The position numbers were made by a program, and so were the translations under genes. Shown here piece after piece: positions 38,601 through 53,600 of a stretch of DNA of 64,000 bases (within the stretch, counting starts at the first letter, position 1; every line of letters starts with the position of its first letter). The notes beneath the pieces are model-generated. The model was not told the DNA's origin. It saw only the letters and a list, made by a program, of their open reading frames with translations, and did not search any database. Origin of the DNA: Botryllus schlosseri (taxonomy: Eukaryota); assembly GCA_051294905.1 (NCBI GenBank), contig CM119372.1, positions 3,474,001-3,538,000 on the forward strand. Direction: 5' to 3'.

Positions 38601-41600
38601 CTGTATAGTGCGAAACGGGCCAAGCTTATTGTATACTGTACAGACATTTTCCATTTTCCTGCTTATGGAAATGAACTGTGATTCAATATGAACTGCTTCT
38701 CAAATCAGAATTTTCATTCAGTGATTATAATTTTAACCTAATACGGAAAAGCGGTGTAGCTTCAAGCCTAATTCTAATCTAATTCGGAAAAGCTGCAAAT
38801 TCTCTAGCTGTCCGACCCTGCATACTATGATTCTTTTATATGCCCAACACAAACACACCTTTCCGTGAGGGTCCGCAAACATACGGTTGAAGATCTCCAG
38901 AATTTTCTTCATTTCCATACGACTGAAAGCGATCAGACTCGGCATGAATGCAAAACACGCGAGACAAACCCAATTCCACCCACCTTATCAACTTTTCCTT
39001 CTTGACCAAATAGTGTAGACTGACCAGCCCCTCTTTTCGGTCGGCCCAGTTTGTGCTTTGGCACAGAGGCAGAATTTCGGCGATGTCTTCCGTTCGAATT
39101 TGCGAATGCGTTCGTCTGCCGCCGTTTCGGCTATCGGGTTTGAAAGGGGAAAAAATTAGCATGAAAAATTCGGTAATATATATAGTCGATAGTCAAAAGA
39201 GACGTCATATATCTTGCGGCGTATTCCAGCCATTGTTAAGCTTGGACATGAAATAAAATACAAAGGCTGCATCTGGACACATGTGTATGAAATATAGCAA
39301 TATTCTAAGTCACATATTATAAGTTCTGTGACTTCCTATAAGAATTACCGATATTATCTAATGGCCGACCCCAATATTACTTTCAAAGTGTGATATTAGT
39401 AAGATATTATCAGCTAGTAGCTCTAAACGTTCGGGTTCTAGTTACAAGGCTCGATTACAATACTCAACATATGTACAACTGATACATTTGTGGGATGCTG
39501 CCAGGGTTGTATTGACTCGAGTCAGGATTTTTGGTGACTCTAGTCATTTTTCCAAATGCCTAAAATGACTAGACTCAAACCAAGTCATAGGACTCGAGAC
39601 TAGGACGGCCAAGACAGACATTTCATCGTAACTTCTGAGAATAGTAAGGTCACCACATGATTGGTATTTCGTCTATCAGTCCTGATACTTGAAAAAATAG
39701 GGCCAGAAACTGTTAAAACTGAGGAAAATTACTATATTATGAATGCGAGTCATTCTATATGACTCGAGCAGAGTTGAAAAAAGTGGGTTGAACTAAAAAA
39801 TAAACAGTGAACATACAAAGACTTGGACTCGGACTAGAGTAGAAACACAATGACTCGGACTCGACCCTCTACTAGACTTGGACTCGGACTTGACTCGGCT
39901 GTGAATTGAAAATGACTCGACTTGACTCGAGTCACAACTATAAAAGTGAGATTGACTTGTGACTCGGAACCTTGTGACTCGGTTACAACCCTGGATGCTG
40001 CTTCAGATTTCAATTACGATATCGTGAATTACTTCATTGAGCAGACAATAAAGAGATATTTAATATCTTGGCGGCTTTTCACACCTTATTCACTGATTCC
40101 ACTTGAAATATGAAACATTTTATTCGTCACAAAAGATTTAGACTCTTTCGGTAAAATTACATAGTCCCTAGATGTGCCAGAACCCAAAATCACGATTAAT
40201 GAATTTCCGTTCGATATTTAGGCATATATATCAAGACTAATTTTTAAAATAATTTTTTTTTACCTTGATTGATACGATGAAGATCGGTCAGAACAAACGC
40301 TTGATGTGTCCGATAAGTCATCGTCATTGTCCGAGAATTGATCACTGCGTCTTCTTGGCGTGCGGCCAGACTGTACGACAAAAGAAACGGCATGACATAG
40401 TGTCCTCTAGAATTTTCAAAGGTAAAAATTGGTGTTATTAAAAAAAATTAAATATAAATATAAGTAAATAAATATTAAATAACGTTATTGGGAAATGTGC
40501 ATATTCTTCGGAAGAATGCACCACTAGAGACTTAGACTCAGAAATTTCCGCAATTTCAATTCTTCATTTTTCAATCATCGCAACCTATGGAACCCTTACC
40601 ATGTATTGCGGAAGGATAATAATTTGACTCGATTACCGTACTGCAATCTCAAGATTTTCATTAGGAGACATGCGCATGTATTTTCCAGTTTACTATGGAT
40701 AAAGTAAAATAAATAATAAAAGTGTTAAATAAACATACGAAAGCAGCCGACAACACTTGTTCCCCTTCCCGTCCTTTAGGCAGCACTCTCATCGGGCCAT
40801 ATCCTGAACTGCTGGAAACCGAGGTACGGGCCGCGCCTGTGGCACCTTCAAAACAGGCAAAAAAATAGTGTCACGACAGACAATTTCAAATCATCGGGGC
40901 AGAAATGTAAAATGAATCATCACGCTGTCTTCATGTCCACATAACAAAGATCGCGCACGACAACAGGCACACAAACTTTAGTTTCTGCCGATTATATTCA
41001 ACACGAAAACGCCACTGAATAACGGGATCACCATGTCATTCCATTGCTGACAGCAAATCTTTGCCGTCTCCAAATTACCCTTATTTTATCCAAACTGTTT
41101 ACATCAGGGTCTAAAATATAGGGAAAAATGCAAAAAAAAAGAAATCAAAACTTGATAGAAATACAACAGCAATAAGCTACTTGTCTATAAGTCTTGAGTT
41201 TACTTTCACTGATTTATTATTATTAAAATTTTAAACCCTGCTAAAAGAAGTGAACTCCTCAAGCTGCGGTAGTAACTAAGCAAATCGTACCCTAATGATA
41301 ATGAAATAGTCATGCCCATGCTGTTGCATTTTCCATCAAATATCATTGTGAATGTGGCTTTAACAATGTTACTTCTGAAGACAGCACAAAGCATTGTCCT
41401 GAATATTCAATATGGCTGGCCCGTTTCGCCAGAAAATCAGGAATTAAGACATTGTCATTACACAACACAAACAAGCTCAACCATCACATTATCTGAATAC
41501 GCAATGACTATCATGTTTATTATGTGATGTATTCGTGTAATTTCATCACCGATTACTGCATTAACCAAATTTTAATCTTTTAAAAGATCGAAATAAATAG

Positions 41601-44600
41601 GGTGGCCATCGATTTTTCAAAATTTTCAAAATGTAAAAATGGCGTTAGAAACCCCTGCTTTACACACAAGTCAGCAAGGTCGTGTGGAATATGTTACACT
41701 TCAATTAGAAAGATGATTAGAAATACTTAATACAGACATAACAAAGAAACAAAAAACGATGAAAAAAGATCACATAGCACGCCGAACGATCGCAGCAAAA
41801 AAATGAGATGCGTAGGGCATTGACACACACAAAACTGGCTTAGGTTAGATTTTTCGATCTGGACGTGGTAAGAATGGAGACGCCGACATTCACACCGAAC
41901 TCACCTCCAGGACTCGAGTCCCGGCTGCTAACTTGCGAAGAGGCCACGCGACTACAATTGCGCGACGCTGGCTCACTACGCAGGCCGCGCTTACCCGATC
42001 TGGCAGCTTGCGTTAAAGATAGATTTTATGATATCATCGCACAGATTACGAGCGGTTAGCTCATTGAAAAGACAATGTCAAGCATGCAATGACGTAGTAT
42101 CGGGGTATTTTTGGCGTCAGAATTGGACAACTAGAAAATTTCCAGCTTTTCCAAATTAGGAATTACTGAAGTCGCAAGAAGTTGGAAAAATTAAGTTCCG
42201 TTCATATCAAATCATACTATACAGTTTTCCTGTAGCATTTTCAGGAAAAACCAGGAATTAAACGATAAAACATTCAACAAATTTCGCTTTAATTGGTCCA
42301 ATTAAGCAACTAGAATCATCTAGTTGTCCAAGTCTGGTTCATGGTTGGTATGATTTCAGTCGGATAGGCGTCATTACAGTGTGGCATGCTATTTTCATGA
42401 TCATTCGATTATATCGGTAGCGATGACAGATGTACAAGTGTGTATGCTACCGGATACTTGTGGCTAGGATGCAATGATGATGATGATGATGTCGTGTTAT
42501 GTCTACAAAGATTGAATTTACGCTGTCTTGGAAAATACTAATAATACAATCGACTGAAATTTCAAACCGTAATCGATTTCATGACGATTCGTGGCTTAAA
42601 ATGTTATTTATCACAGAGTGACATATCACAACTTATTATACGACAAATGTGTAATCTATGAAGCCTCTCTTTGTGAGATTCCGACCAATACCGACAATTA
42701 ACAGAGTCTCGATATAGTAATTGATAACTAGTTTAACCTGCGGCGGAAGATTACTGGTCTCGGTCGACCCTAATACCAAATCAGTTCTTCAAAATTATAC
42801 TTTACATGCGCTTTGTAACCACAAAGAGTTATTCGACTGATACAAAACAAAAACTCTGTAATCAGTCATCGATTACAGAGATTGAAAGTAGAAAAATTTT
42901 GTTACTGGTCTAGGAATATTTACAGTCGTAGTAGGATATGTTATATCAGACGGGAAAGCATCTGAAAAGTTCGAACAGGTTACTTTGGAGACGTACTGGA
43001 AGTCAAGTAGATGTATCTTCAGAGAGAGAGAGAGAGACAATCCTTAGATCAGGATGCATTTGAAGAGGATTTTGGAGGCACACAGCTTAAATACACAGTT
43101 GAATAATACCGTATATTCATTCATATTACGATAGGAATAGGACGTCGTATAGCCATAGCCGGACGCTCCACCATTAGCCTACGCAATCTTTTCGGCAGAC
43201 CCTCGTCAGGTCAGCAACTAGTAGAGATTTCAAAAGAAATCGAGTTACAGTTGTTAATATGCAATGTTCTTCTCAATTCTCTACTAGTTGCTGACGATTA
43301 GCTCAAACGAGTCTAGCCGAAAATACTTGGGATTATTTCGATACGAATATATTATTCAATTGAATACATCATTCAACTGTAGATGAAGATAATGAAAAAA
43401 CAGAAATCAAAGATATTCAAGAGGCAACGTATAAGCGGTCGCATGCAGATTAACGTTCAAACCGCCACCGGCCATGCGCCACATCGAAAGGCCTCAATCT
43501 TACCTCTATACCGATGGGGGCTAGCGTCCCGACTACCGGAAGGCGACCCGACACGAGACCCTGCCCGCGAACCCACCCTGGACCCGGTCCTAGAACCAGA
43601 CCGGGACGCAGAGACGGGTATACGCGATCGCCGACTATTCATCGGCGACGACGGCGGGGTTCTCATGGGCACCTTCGGGGTACGCTGAGCCCCGTTTGAG
43701 TAAATACCCATTGAGCTGGCACTGGTACGTCTCGGTAGGTCAAATTCTACAAGCCGAACAAAAACCAGATTTCAAAGAAGATCAGTACGAGTGTACTAAA
43801 GATTTGAAGCATGACATTCAGTACAGATGACTAGGGCTTGGCTTAATAGTTCGAGTACCTGAGTATTATATTCTTCGATTATCAATAATTACGAATATTA
43901 CGATGTCATAACATTATGGATAATGATGAATGTTCAAATATGTACCTTTTATGCGACCATGAATAATATAATGCCAGTTCCACATCACATTAAATAAAAT
44001 TTGGTATTTTGTCTACCATACCTATTCTATTCTATTGCACTTAGTGACAACGCTGTGGGTTGGTCACAACTCGCGTAAAAGGTGCATATTTCAACTTTCC
44101 AAAATCGTTCATAATGTGGCGATGTCATGAGTGATACTCGAAGTCTAAGAATCACTCAGGCACGCGATTTAGCTCCGCCCCGCTAATGACGAATCAGATT
44201 CTACGAGATGCGAGTACAAGGCTACATGATTTCCGAAATGAAACTTTTCAAAAAGCGTTGCGATAAAAATTCAACAGAGATGCCTTCACCTTCTTTGTCG
44301 TCCATAGAATACGTTGAGGAAGTCCTCGACTTTCTGCCGTAGGCCCCGGTCGGCGTACGCGGGGCGTTGTAGTAGCGAGATCGCGAATTGGGAGAATTCG
44401 ATCGGCTACCGGCTGATCAAAATCAAACAGATGAAATCTCAACTCTCGCGGCATGTTACATGAAGCGACAGTTATGACCAACTAGTTCAGTGGCTCTTAA
44501 CCGGGTTTCACAGTGCAAGTCTCAGGGGTGTGCTGGAGGTGAAGACAAACACCCTACTCCCACTGATTTGCGGTGAATATGCAGTGTGCTGTTTTTGTTT

Positions 44601-47600
44601 TGTGTGAAAATCATGTTTCAGCTATTTTGGTCTTTTAAGATTGTTGTTGATGCACAGTTTGTTCCCGCATCGGTATTCTATACTAATATGTTTGAATATT
44701 CGTGTTGATGATTCAGCGAAAATTTTGGTTCTGCAGAAGTCTTGCAGATTAAAGCAAGGGTTCCCCAGGTCAGTTAAGGTCCATCGTGTCTATTCATATC
44801 CAACGGAAGGAAATTGAATATTTCACGTCATTTACCACACCATCTCGTGCTAGAACAGTTTCAAGTGTACATAAACAAAGTGTGTCCGTGTGTCTGGCAT
44901 ATGCGCAATCGCCAAGATGAGCAAGGATTTGGATTTGAATTTTGAAAAAATAGACGATTTCTCCCAGATTAGAAACTTGGAATTATCAACGATTCACAGC
45001 TTACTTGCAACTTTATAATAAAATTTCAGTCATTACTTATCATGGGCTAGGATTTGGATATGCCAGGAAGTAAATCGGAATCTAAAATCTGTTACATCTT
45101 GCATGATATAAAACATGAAATCAGCTCATCTCGGATAATTACCGCAGGCGCCGCGTCATCACACACACAATTCCGATTGGTTCAGACGTGCCTTCATATC
45201 AAAGGACAGGTTCTACCCAAGTGTAGCGGAAATTTTCAGAAATTCACTGACAACATCATACATAGACTTTCACAGGAATTACATAGCTGTACATCTCGTG
45301 CATTGATAGTATGATATTCCAGTGAGAAGCACCAAAGTGTTCACTGTGACAATTTACTTTGAGATGGTAACAATCTCAAATCATCCACAGTTACGTCATG
45401 CGATAAAAGTGCGCGTTTCACTTTACACCATTAAAAATCTCAAGGCTGGATCACTTTCATTATAAAGTTTCCATATCACAAGATTTTCTGTGATATCAAA
45501 AACACACCGAAACCAAGCTTAAAATTGTTTAACCTTAACCGTATTTCCTCACATCTTACATATATATAGAGAACAGCAATAAACAACATTGTGCTTGGCA
45601 AACAGACAACCCATGCAGTGACCAGTCGAAATTTTAACTTGTACGAAAGCCTTCAGTACAAAGCGCAAATCTCAATACCATCCAAGTGTACGTCACATGC
45701 CTCACCCAGTCTATGCGCTGACTGCGATCCTGTTTCATGGAATGAGAATGAGATATTCGCTCCCTACTTGAATGAGGCACACAAAAACCAATGCAACTTT
45801 TTCAAAATTGTAACATACAAAAGGCTATCAACTCATTGCATGTACGTTGTTTGAGAATAGGTCTATGAAGGATATCTTGGAATCTAAGATGATTCGAATA
45901 TCAATATCAACATCACCAGGGTATCTTGTATCATTCACACTCAATTTGGCTCAGCCCTAGTAGCAACAAAAAATTCCAACTACATTCGCGGTAGATGTAG
46001 AATATAAAATATATGAAAGTCGCATGAAATTCCCTCACAAATGATATCACAGCTCGTTTTTCAAACTCATGCCGGTGACATCACTCATGAGTCACTTACT
46101 CCAATATATTCCGTCTGTTCTTTTGAGAAAAAGCTCGCTGACGCGCTCTTCTGGCGACAGCGGGTCATCAAGATAAACTGGGTCTACGCACAAACGGCTG
46201 AATCGACTGGAAAGGGTGTCGGGGGACACTACAAGGTTAGGGTAGCTGCGGAGGGAGGCTGGAGAATCGGGTGGGTCAATAACGATCACCGCGTTGCGGG
46301 CTTTGAGGGATTGCGAGCGTCGAATCCGTTTCGGAAAGGTGTTGGTAGTATAGGGCGAGTCGCTTCGAGTCGGGTGGGGGGTGGGGGCTTGTTTGCGTTT
46401 TGTTTTCTTTGCGTTTTTAACCAGGACCGAGGACAGCAGCGATTTTTTCTCGTTCGAATTAGCTTTTTCGTCTTGAAAAAGGTTGAAAGAAATACACTCG
46501 GTAACGGTGAGGCACTCGGAAAAAACTGATACACAAGAAATAATGCGGATGTTGGAAAAATAACTTATTTTTCAAATTTTACCGGCCAAGAGATAAGTTT
46601 TTGGAGTAGGGTGTTATCTGAAGCTGGTCGGTGTGGAAAATTTTAGATTTGAAAAAGAAACTACTCACGGCAGGAAATTCCACCGTTCATCTATGCTACT
46701 CCTACAACTCAAGCTACCACGGGTTGATATTGAACCAAATTTTTCATGCATCATTTTTAGACAATAAAAATTTTGAAAAAGAAATTCCATTTTCTTTAAA
46801 TACATTCAAAATTGTGAATGGAGCCAAATTCGATGCGTTTCTTTGGGCAACCTAAAAATTCCAACAATCGGCCAGTAAAGTTAAAAAGAAAAGTAACTTT
46901 TGAACAAACCTACTGCGAGATCATATTGTGAAGCAGATTACAGAAACTTACGTTGCGATGAAGCCGGCCTTGCCGAGTTGCGGCCGGACCGTTCCTGTCG
47001 GCTTGAAGCGGTTGAAGCCTGCCTTACCCGTCCTGGTGGAAAACGAAGCAATGATAACCGCAAGCCACAGAAGGAGAACGCCAAAATTATCCTGCTAACA
47101 ATCAACCGACAAGCAGGGCCGGGCCGGAGAGATTGGATTATTTATCAAACAAATTCAACTTTTTTTCAATTTTACCGTCGTTCGGCCATGAAATTGTCAA
47201 GTTGTGTAAAAGAACAATGCTTTATAATTCTTGCTCACTTCCAACAGGTAAAAGCGAAGTCATTGAAGTTCAAAATATTGGATTCACAAAAATGGCCTGG
47301 ACGGTGGATAATCTAAGAATTATTGATAAAAAAAACCAAATAACTTCACTTCTATGGGTCGGAATTGCATCAAATTTGTTTTGCATCGTTTTTCTAGACA
47401 ACTCAACAATTTTCATAATAAATTCAAAATTTTCAAACCCCTGTGCGTTCACATCTACCAGTTGGAATCGAATTTGGTGTACAGCGTTGTTTAGATAATA
47501 GAACAATTTAATCAGTGAACCTACTAAAAATTTCACCCGTTTTTAGGTGTGTTGATCATCACGCCATGTCAACTTATTCGTCTCGTTCCATGGTTTATGA

Positions 47601-50600
47601 CTCACAATGAGTAGACAATGGGCCATCTACGACAGTATGCCAATAAAGTAGGCTACAAGGTGTAATATGTCAACAGCACCAAGTCACCAACGGAATGCAG
47701 TGTGCAAAATAATTTGGAATCTGTGGACAATTTTGACAATTGTTTGACCTAACACTACAATTTTGACAAAATTTGCCTTTTTTTAAAACATCAAAAAATA
47801 ATCGCCCTGCTGAGGATCTCTAGTTGAGAGCGATAAAGATATGTTGAGCTTGATGACGGGGCGGTGAGATGAGAGTTTGGGAACCACCGATTTGAATGTT
47901 ACAAGACAAATTTTACAATGCGAATGAAACATAGCACACGACACAAATGACTACCGTTCAAGTATATTATATGATACATAGATTCTTGAAGACAAAAATG
48001 ACGAGGGTTTAATAGATGGTGACTTCGGTTATTGTTTGCAACGGAGACAGAATGACATATGAACACTGATCCGACCTATATCAGCGGTGTGGTATAGATT
48101 CTCGTGGGACTTGGCGGAAGTCCTTCCCATATTCGAGAGGCGCTTAGCACGCGTTCTACGGTCTGAATAGGAATATGCGGCATCCGATGGATATGCGAGA
48201 CTTGAAAATGAAGCTTAAACTTGACCAGTCGTCCAAAATTAGTTACTCAATTTTTCACTAGCAGAAAATTATCAAGCCCAGAGAATAGTCTTCGTAGAAT
48301 GCCAAAATTTCAACGTCTGACCCTGGTGCAGTGCGGTCAAATTAAAATCAGACTGTTGAAGATTTGCTACAATCATGTCAAAGCAAACTAACAATCAGGC
48401 GGCTTTATCGAAGTTCAACCGATCGTTTGAATGATATGATGCAGTAAAATTCCTCAACCAATGGAATTCGATATCGTATGACAATAAATAAATGTTTATG
48501 TAGCCAATATGATAAATATAGAGCACTTTTCAGACATCACCGATTTTTCAAGCTTACGAAGACAAAATCTCTTCCCATATTAAACCAATAAATCACCGCA
48601 TGTTAACCGGGTATTTTTCTCAATTCAACCTCATTGTATCTCACCGACTGAGTTGAAACCCATCGCCTTTTGAGCCGATCTTCGGGCAGCCTCGGGGTCG
48701 ATATCCGATCTGGACCTCGCAAAATTGTTCCTCGCCGTACGGCCCGCGACCGTGAATCTCGACGCTGTTGAAAAGGGTAACGATTGTCAATAGGTAGGGA
48801 AGGAAATCGTGACAGGTCGACGTACCTCCGTCTGCCGGTACACGCTGTGCATTGTTGGGCAAGAGCGATCTTCTTGGCGGTCGCCTGGTGAAATTAATCG
48901 TTATTAGGGAAGTTTTTGCAACATTTTTACAACTTCCGGCAGATTCCTAGATACTCAAAATCTATGCGCTATGAAGTTTTAAGCTGTTTGTAGGAATTTT
49001 ATAGTGCAACTTTAGTCTATTTTTAACGCAAAATATTGCGCAAAATGTAAAGGTGTGATAACAAAAACATGCTATAAACTATTCCTAGTATAGTACTATC
49101 CTCTTTGATTTGCATAACAAAGAGCTATATGATAGATTAGCTGCAAAATTAATATTATCTATGACGCAATGGCCTGTAAGCTAGAAGTACAAGATATTGA
49201 ATATATCCAATGAATATTCACTCGGCTTGTACTCGAGTCATTGTGCATGACTCGAACCAAGTCATATGACTCAAGCCTAGGACGGCCAAGGCAGACATTT
49301 CATTGTAACTCCCAAGAATAGTAAAGTGACCACATGATCGATATTTCATCTACCAGTCCTGATACTTGGAAAATATGGCCAGAAACTTTTAGGACTCAGG
49401 AAAATTACGATATTATGAACGCGAGTCATTCTATATCACTCGAGAAGAGGGTTGAACTCAAAACTGAACAGTGAAAAAAATGACTTGGACTCCACTAGGG
49501 AGTAACAACACTATGAATCGGACTCGACCCTCTACTAACTGATTTGGACTCGTACTTGACTCGGCGGTGAATTGAAAATGACTCGAGGAAAAACTATAAA
49601 AGAGAGATTGACTTGTGACTCGGAAGACTTGGTTACAGCTGTGTTCGACATACTTGCTGGCGATGGACGATTTCGCAGCTGACGATTTGGGAATGCTCTC
49701 GGTCGACGAGGACGCCGTGAGTTGGCCTTGTATCATCTTCTGCTGCGCTGCCGTTAAATCATTGTACAACTGCTCGGCTTCGACAGGAAAATGGGATCGT
49801 AAGCCCCACCAGCATCTGAAACAAGTCAAGTCGAAATTGCTAACTGATCTTGTTAACAGCACATCGTCAACGATGGTGGACAATATATGGGTATATGAGT
49901 GAAGAAAAAACACTTGCAGGTACGGAACTTCAACATACAATTAAATATTATATTCATATTGAAATAAAGCAAAATATTTTTGGCTGACACTCGCCAGAGG
50001 TAATCGTCAGCATCTAGTAGAGAATTGAAAATAACATTCTGTATCAACCGTCGTGATCGTGATGTCACATTAGGTGAGACGACTGCTGACATAAATAATG
50101 ACAAGTTCAATTCACTACTACTCTGGAGAAAATACTCGTAATAAACCCGAACATTTTCGGTTGACACTCTTCAGGGGTAATCGTCAGCAACTAGTAGAGA
50201 ATTGGAAAGGATCTGTCAGCAAGAATATTAGTGGCTACTAAATTTAAGAAAAGCAGCCTAAATTTGGCATATACCCTTGTCATTAAATGATATCATATTT
50301 ACTATTTCACTACATCGTGAAGGTTACATCCTCAAATCAAATGCAAGGAATCCGTAAGATTGATAATAATCGATCAACGATGCTCGATAATATGACAAAG
50401 AGTGTTTCCAATTCAATACTACGGAGAAGTGACACAAAGTAAACTTCGGTAAATGGACAAAACCTATTCGGATACAAAGAATTCCCGGCGCTGCACGTCA
50501 TGTTGGGTTTATCTTTAGCAAACATTGTACTGTGGTACACGCTCTATTATCGGATCCATACGATTTCCTATAAAGTAGCCTAATATCGATAAGGACATCG

Positions 50601-53600
50601 ATTGCACGAATGTGCTAAAATTTAGCTTGAACATTCTAATACCGCGATCACAATGGGGATAGCCTTTTCATGCACAAAAGAAATCCGAGGTAAATATTGG
50701 TACAATAGTAACCAGCCGATTAATGAAAATAAGCTTTCAGGATTGAAATTTTTCCAGCATTCACTTGCCATATGGGCTTGTGTGATTGGACCATATACAC
50801 ATTGGATTTTAGTCAATTGTACAACACGTTTTAATATTTGTGGTGAACGGCATAGAAATGAGGCTTTTTTCAAGAGAACTGTGGTTCGCATATACGAAAC
50901 AACAGCAGACGTTACGCTACTTTCGATTGGTTGCCTGTAACCCCTAAATTTCGGTAGTCAATGACTAAAAAAAGGTCATCACTTTATCCCAATCTCTGTA
51001 TCGTCGCTGTGGAATCAGAGTAGCTTATGTCCATTTCTCTAATTACAAGATCCATTTTGCAAATTATGAGAAAATCAAGTTTTTGCGGCATTGTCATTTT
51101 CATGCATTTCGGCCATATCTGAGCCATGGCTATCACGTTGTTTCAAAGTTAACAATGGCCTTCCACAGCGTCACAGGTATGATATAGGCTATTTGATGCC
51201 TATACAGGCAGCTATCTAACGACTAAAAAAGGTCGTCAGCTGACGGTATCATTACCAGAGAGCAATCTAGATTTGCAGTTGCATGATGATGCATTTCAGC
51301 AATGCCCTTTTCTAGACCTCCTAAAACTAGTCCTTGGACCCCAGTTTACGAACCCCTGAGCTGGGCAGATCTAGCACTAGACGCGAGCCCCTAATGTCTA
51401 TCTCCTGCTCATAACTCGAGGCAAACAAAAAAATTACAAAATTACAGACACCTAATGACTTACTTCCTCGCTTCCGATCTGGCCTCCGCATCTGCGTCGC
51501 TGATGCCCCTCTTAACAGCATCCAACACTGAGCCAAATTGCCTGTTGAAAAAAGCATATAAAGGTATTAAGATGGACAACAGAATCCAGGGTTATAATGA
51601 CTCCGGTCGCAATTTTTCGTTGACTCGACTCGAGTCATTTTCAATTGCACATGACTCAACCAAGTCATATGACTCGGGACATTCTATATTACTTGATTTA
51701 ATTCTCGTGCATCAGTACCGATACCTGAGGTATAGGCGCTTAAACCCTATTTGATCCGTTTGAATAAACATGTTCGGAGTGAGAAAAATCAGTATATTCT
51801 GAATGCGACGCCTCAAAGCACCCAAGAGTTTCACAGAAGTGAGTTCAGCCCGATTTGATCTCAATAATCAACAGCGAACTCAATGACTCGGACTAGAGTC
51901 TCAACAATATGACTTGGACTTGATTCAGTGAAGTGAAAATGACTCGACTTAACTAGAGTCAAAACTATATAAGTTAAGATTGACTTGTGACAAGGAACCT
52001 TGTGACTCAGTTTAACTAAATTGATACAAAAATTACGCAGACACGCCAATTTCTCTGATTTGTTCAACTGACGTTTCTAGTAAATTGATATAATGGCAGT
52101 TGAAATCCCGGTACGCCTACTTCAAAACTGAGCTTACTTTTCGATTACAGGCGTCGTCCATTCTTGTAGGAGCAGATTTAGAAAACCGTACGTTCGCTTC
52201 CGTACCGCGGTTGATTTTGATGCGCAATTCCCGGTTATAATCGGAATTAATCGCGGCGCGTGCGTGTTCTGCAAATAATACAACATCATGACCTTGACAA
52301 CAGAACAGGATAAAAAAGGGTTGACGACAATGAAACTCTACATTAAAACTCAATAATTTGAGAACAAGAAAATATAATCTGTACTTACTACCGATGCACA
52401 CGTTCAAAAAATTGTAATTTCAACAACCTTGAATCACTACCCATGGTTTCGTGATGATAATGATATTCATTGAAAATTTTCCGCCGAAATGAGTTAAGAC
52501 TGATGTCAAAATGTATTATCACCTTATGGTAATTCAACATCAATATCTGTACCATAGACTGTTTTTATCTGCACTGGAATTGAGATGATGTTGACACTAC
52601 CATCTGGAGCCGGGCAAGATCCTTAGCATGGACAGAGAACGCAATGAAATTGGGATGGTCAAAGAAAGAGCAAATTATCTTAATGCTGTCTATAACTGCA
52701 TCATTTTCTTTATGGTTGCATAAAATATTCATATTTGAACTCTTTAAATTATCCATACTGTTATGATGTCATAACGAGTCGTACTCCACTACTCGGTGTA
52801 AGTCAAAGTCTAATACCTGAGTACTAGTTGTGACCCCATCTATTCAAATGTTCATTGAATTGTGGCTGTTACAGCATGATCAGGTTTCTAATTCAAGTGT
52901 TTCAGCTTTGTAACCAATTTCAAAGATCTCCATCTCTTACAAATCAGCTTTTATTTGTAACGTCTCACCTCTCATCTTATCTATTCTTATCTCGTCCCCA
53001 AAACCCAAACTCTAAGCACCAATCCATGGGCGTCACCAGCACGAAAAAGACGTGACATTTTAAAACTGAAACCAGATCAAAAACCTTTTTTTCGGCTATG
53101 CATCAGTCAAATCTGTCCCTTTGATGGCAGGCATTATGTTGATAACAAATTTTAAGGGAGTGTTACAGTACATATGACAGAGAGCCTTGCTGACATTGAA
53201 AACTACAGTTACCACAAGAGCCTGTTAAAATAAAAACTATTTCTTCGCAATATCACAGACAGCAACTCGGCATCGATTCAACGTTGATTCCATGCAATAC
53301 TAACTCATTAAATCAATTGCGTGCACACTCAAACGCAATTGCGACCAACATAAAACACAGGTTGGCGGATACCTATACTCACCCTTATTATAATACGGAT
53401 TGTTGTCACCCCAGACGTGGCCATGATCTTTACGGAATTCGGCACGAGGTTAAATAAAGGTGGAAAGACAACTTCTGCCGTGTGATCAAACCGAGTTTTC
53501 AACACAGTCGTCAAATGCCTGCAATAACGGAAGTTTTTAATCGCGAGTACGGCCGAGCACAAGATTCTGGTACTCGAATCTGAATTAAGCATTAATTCTA

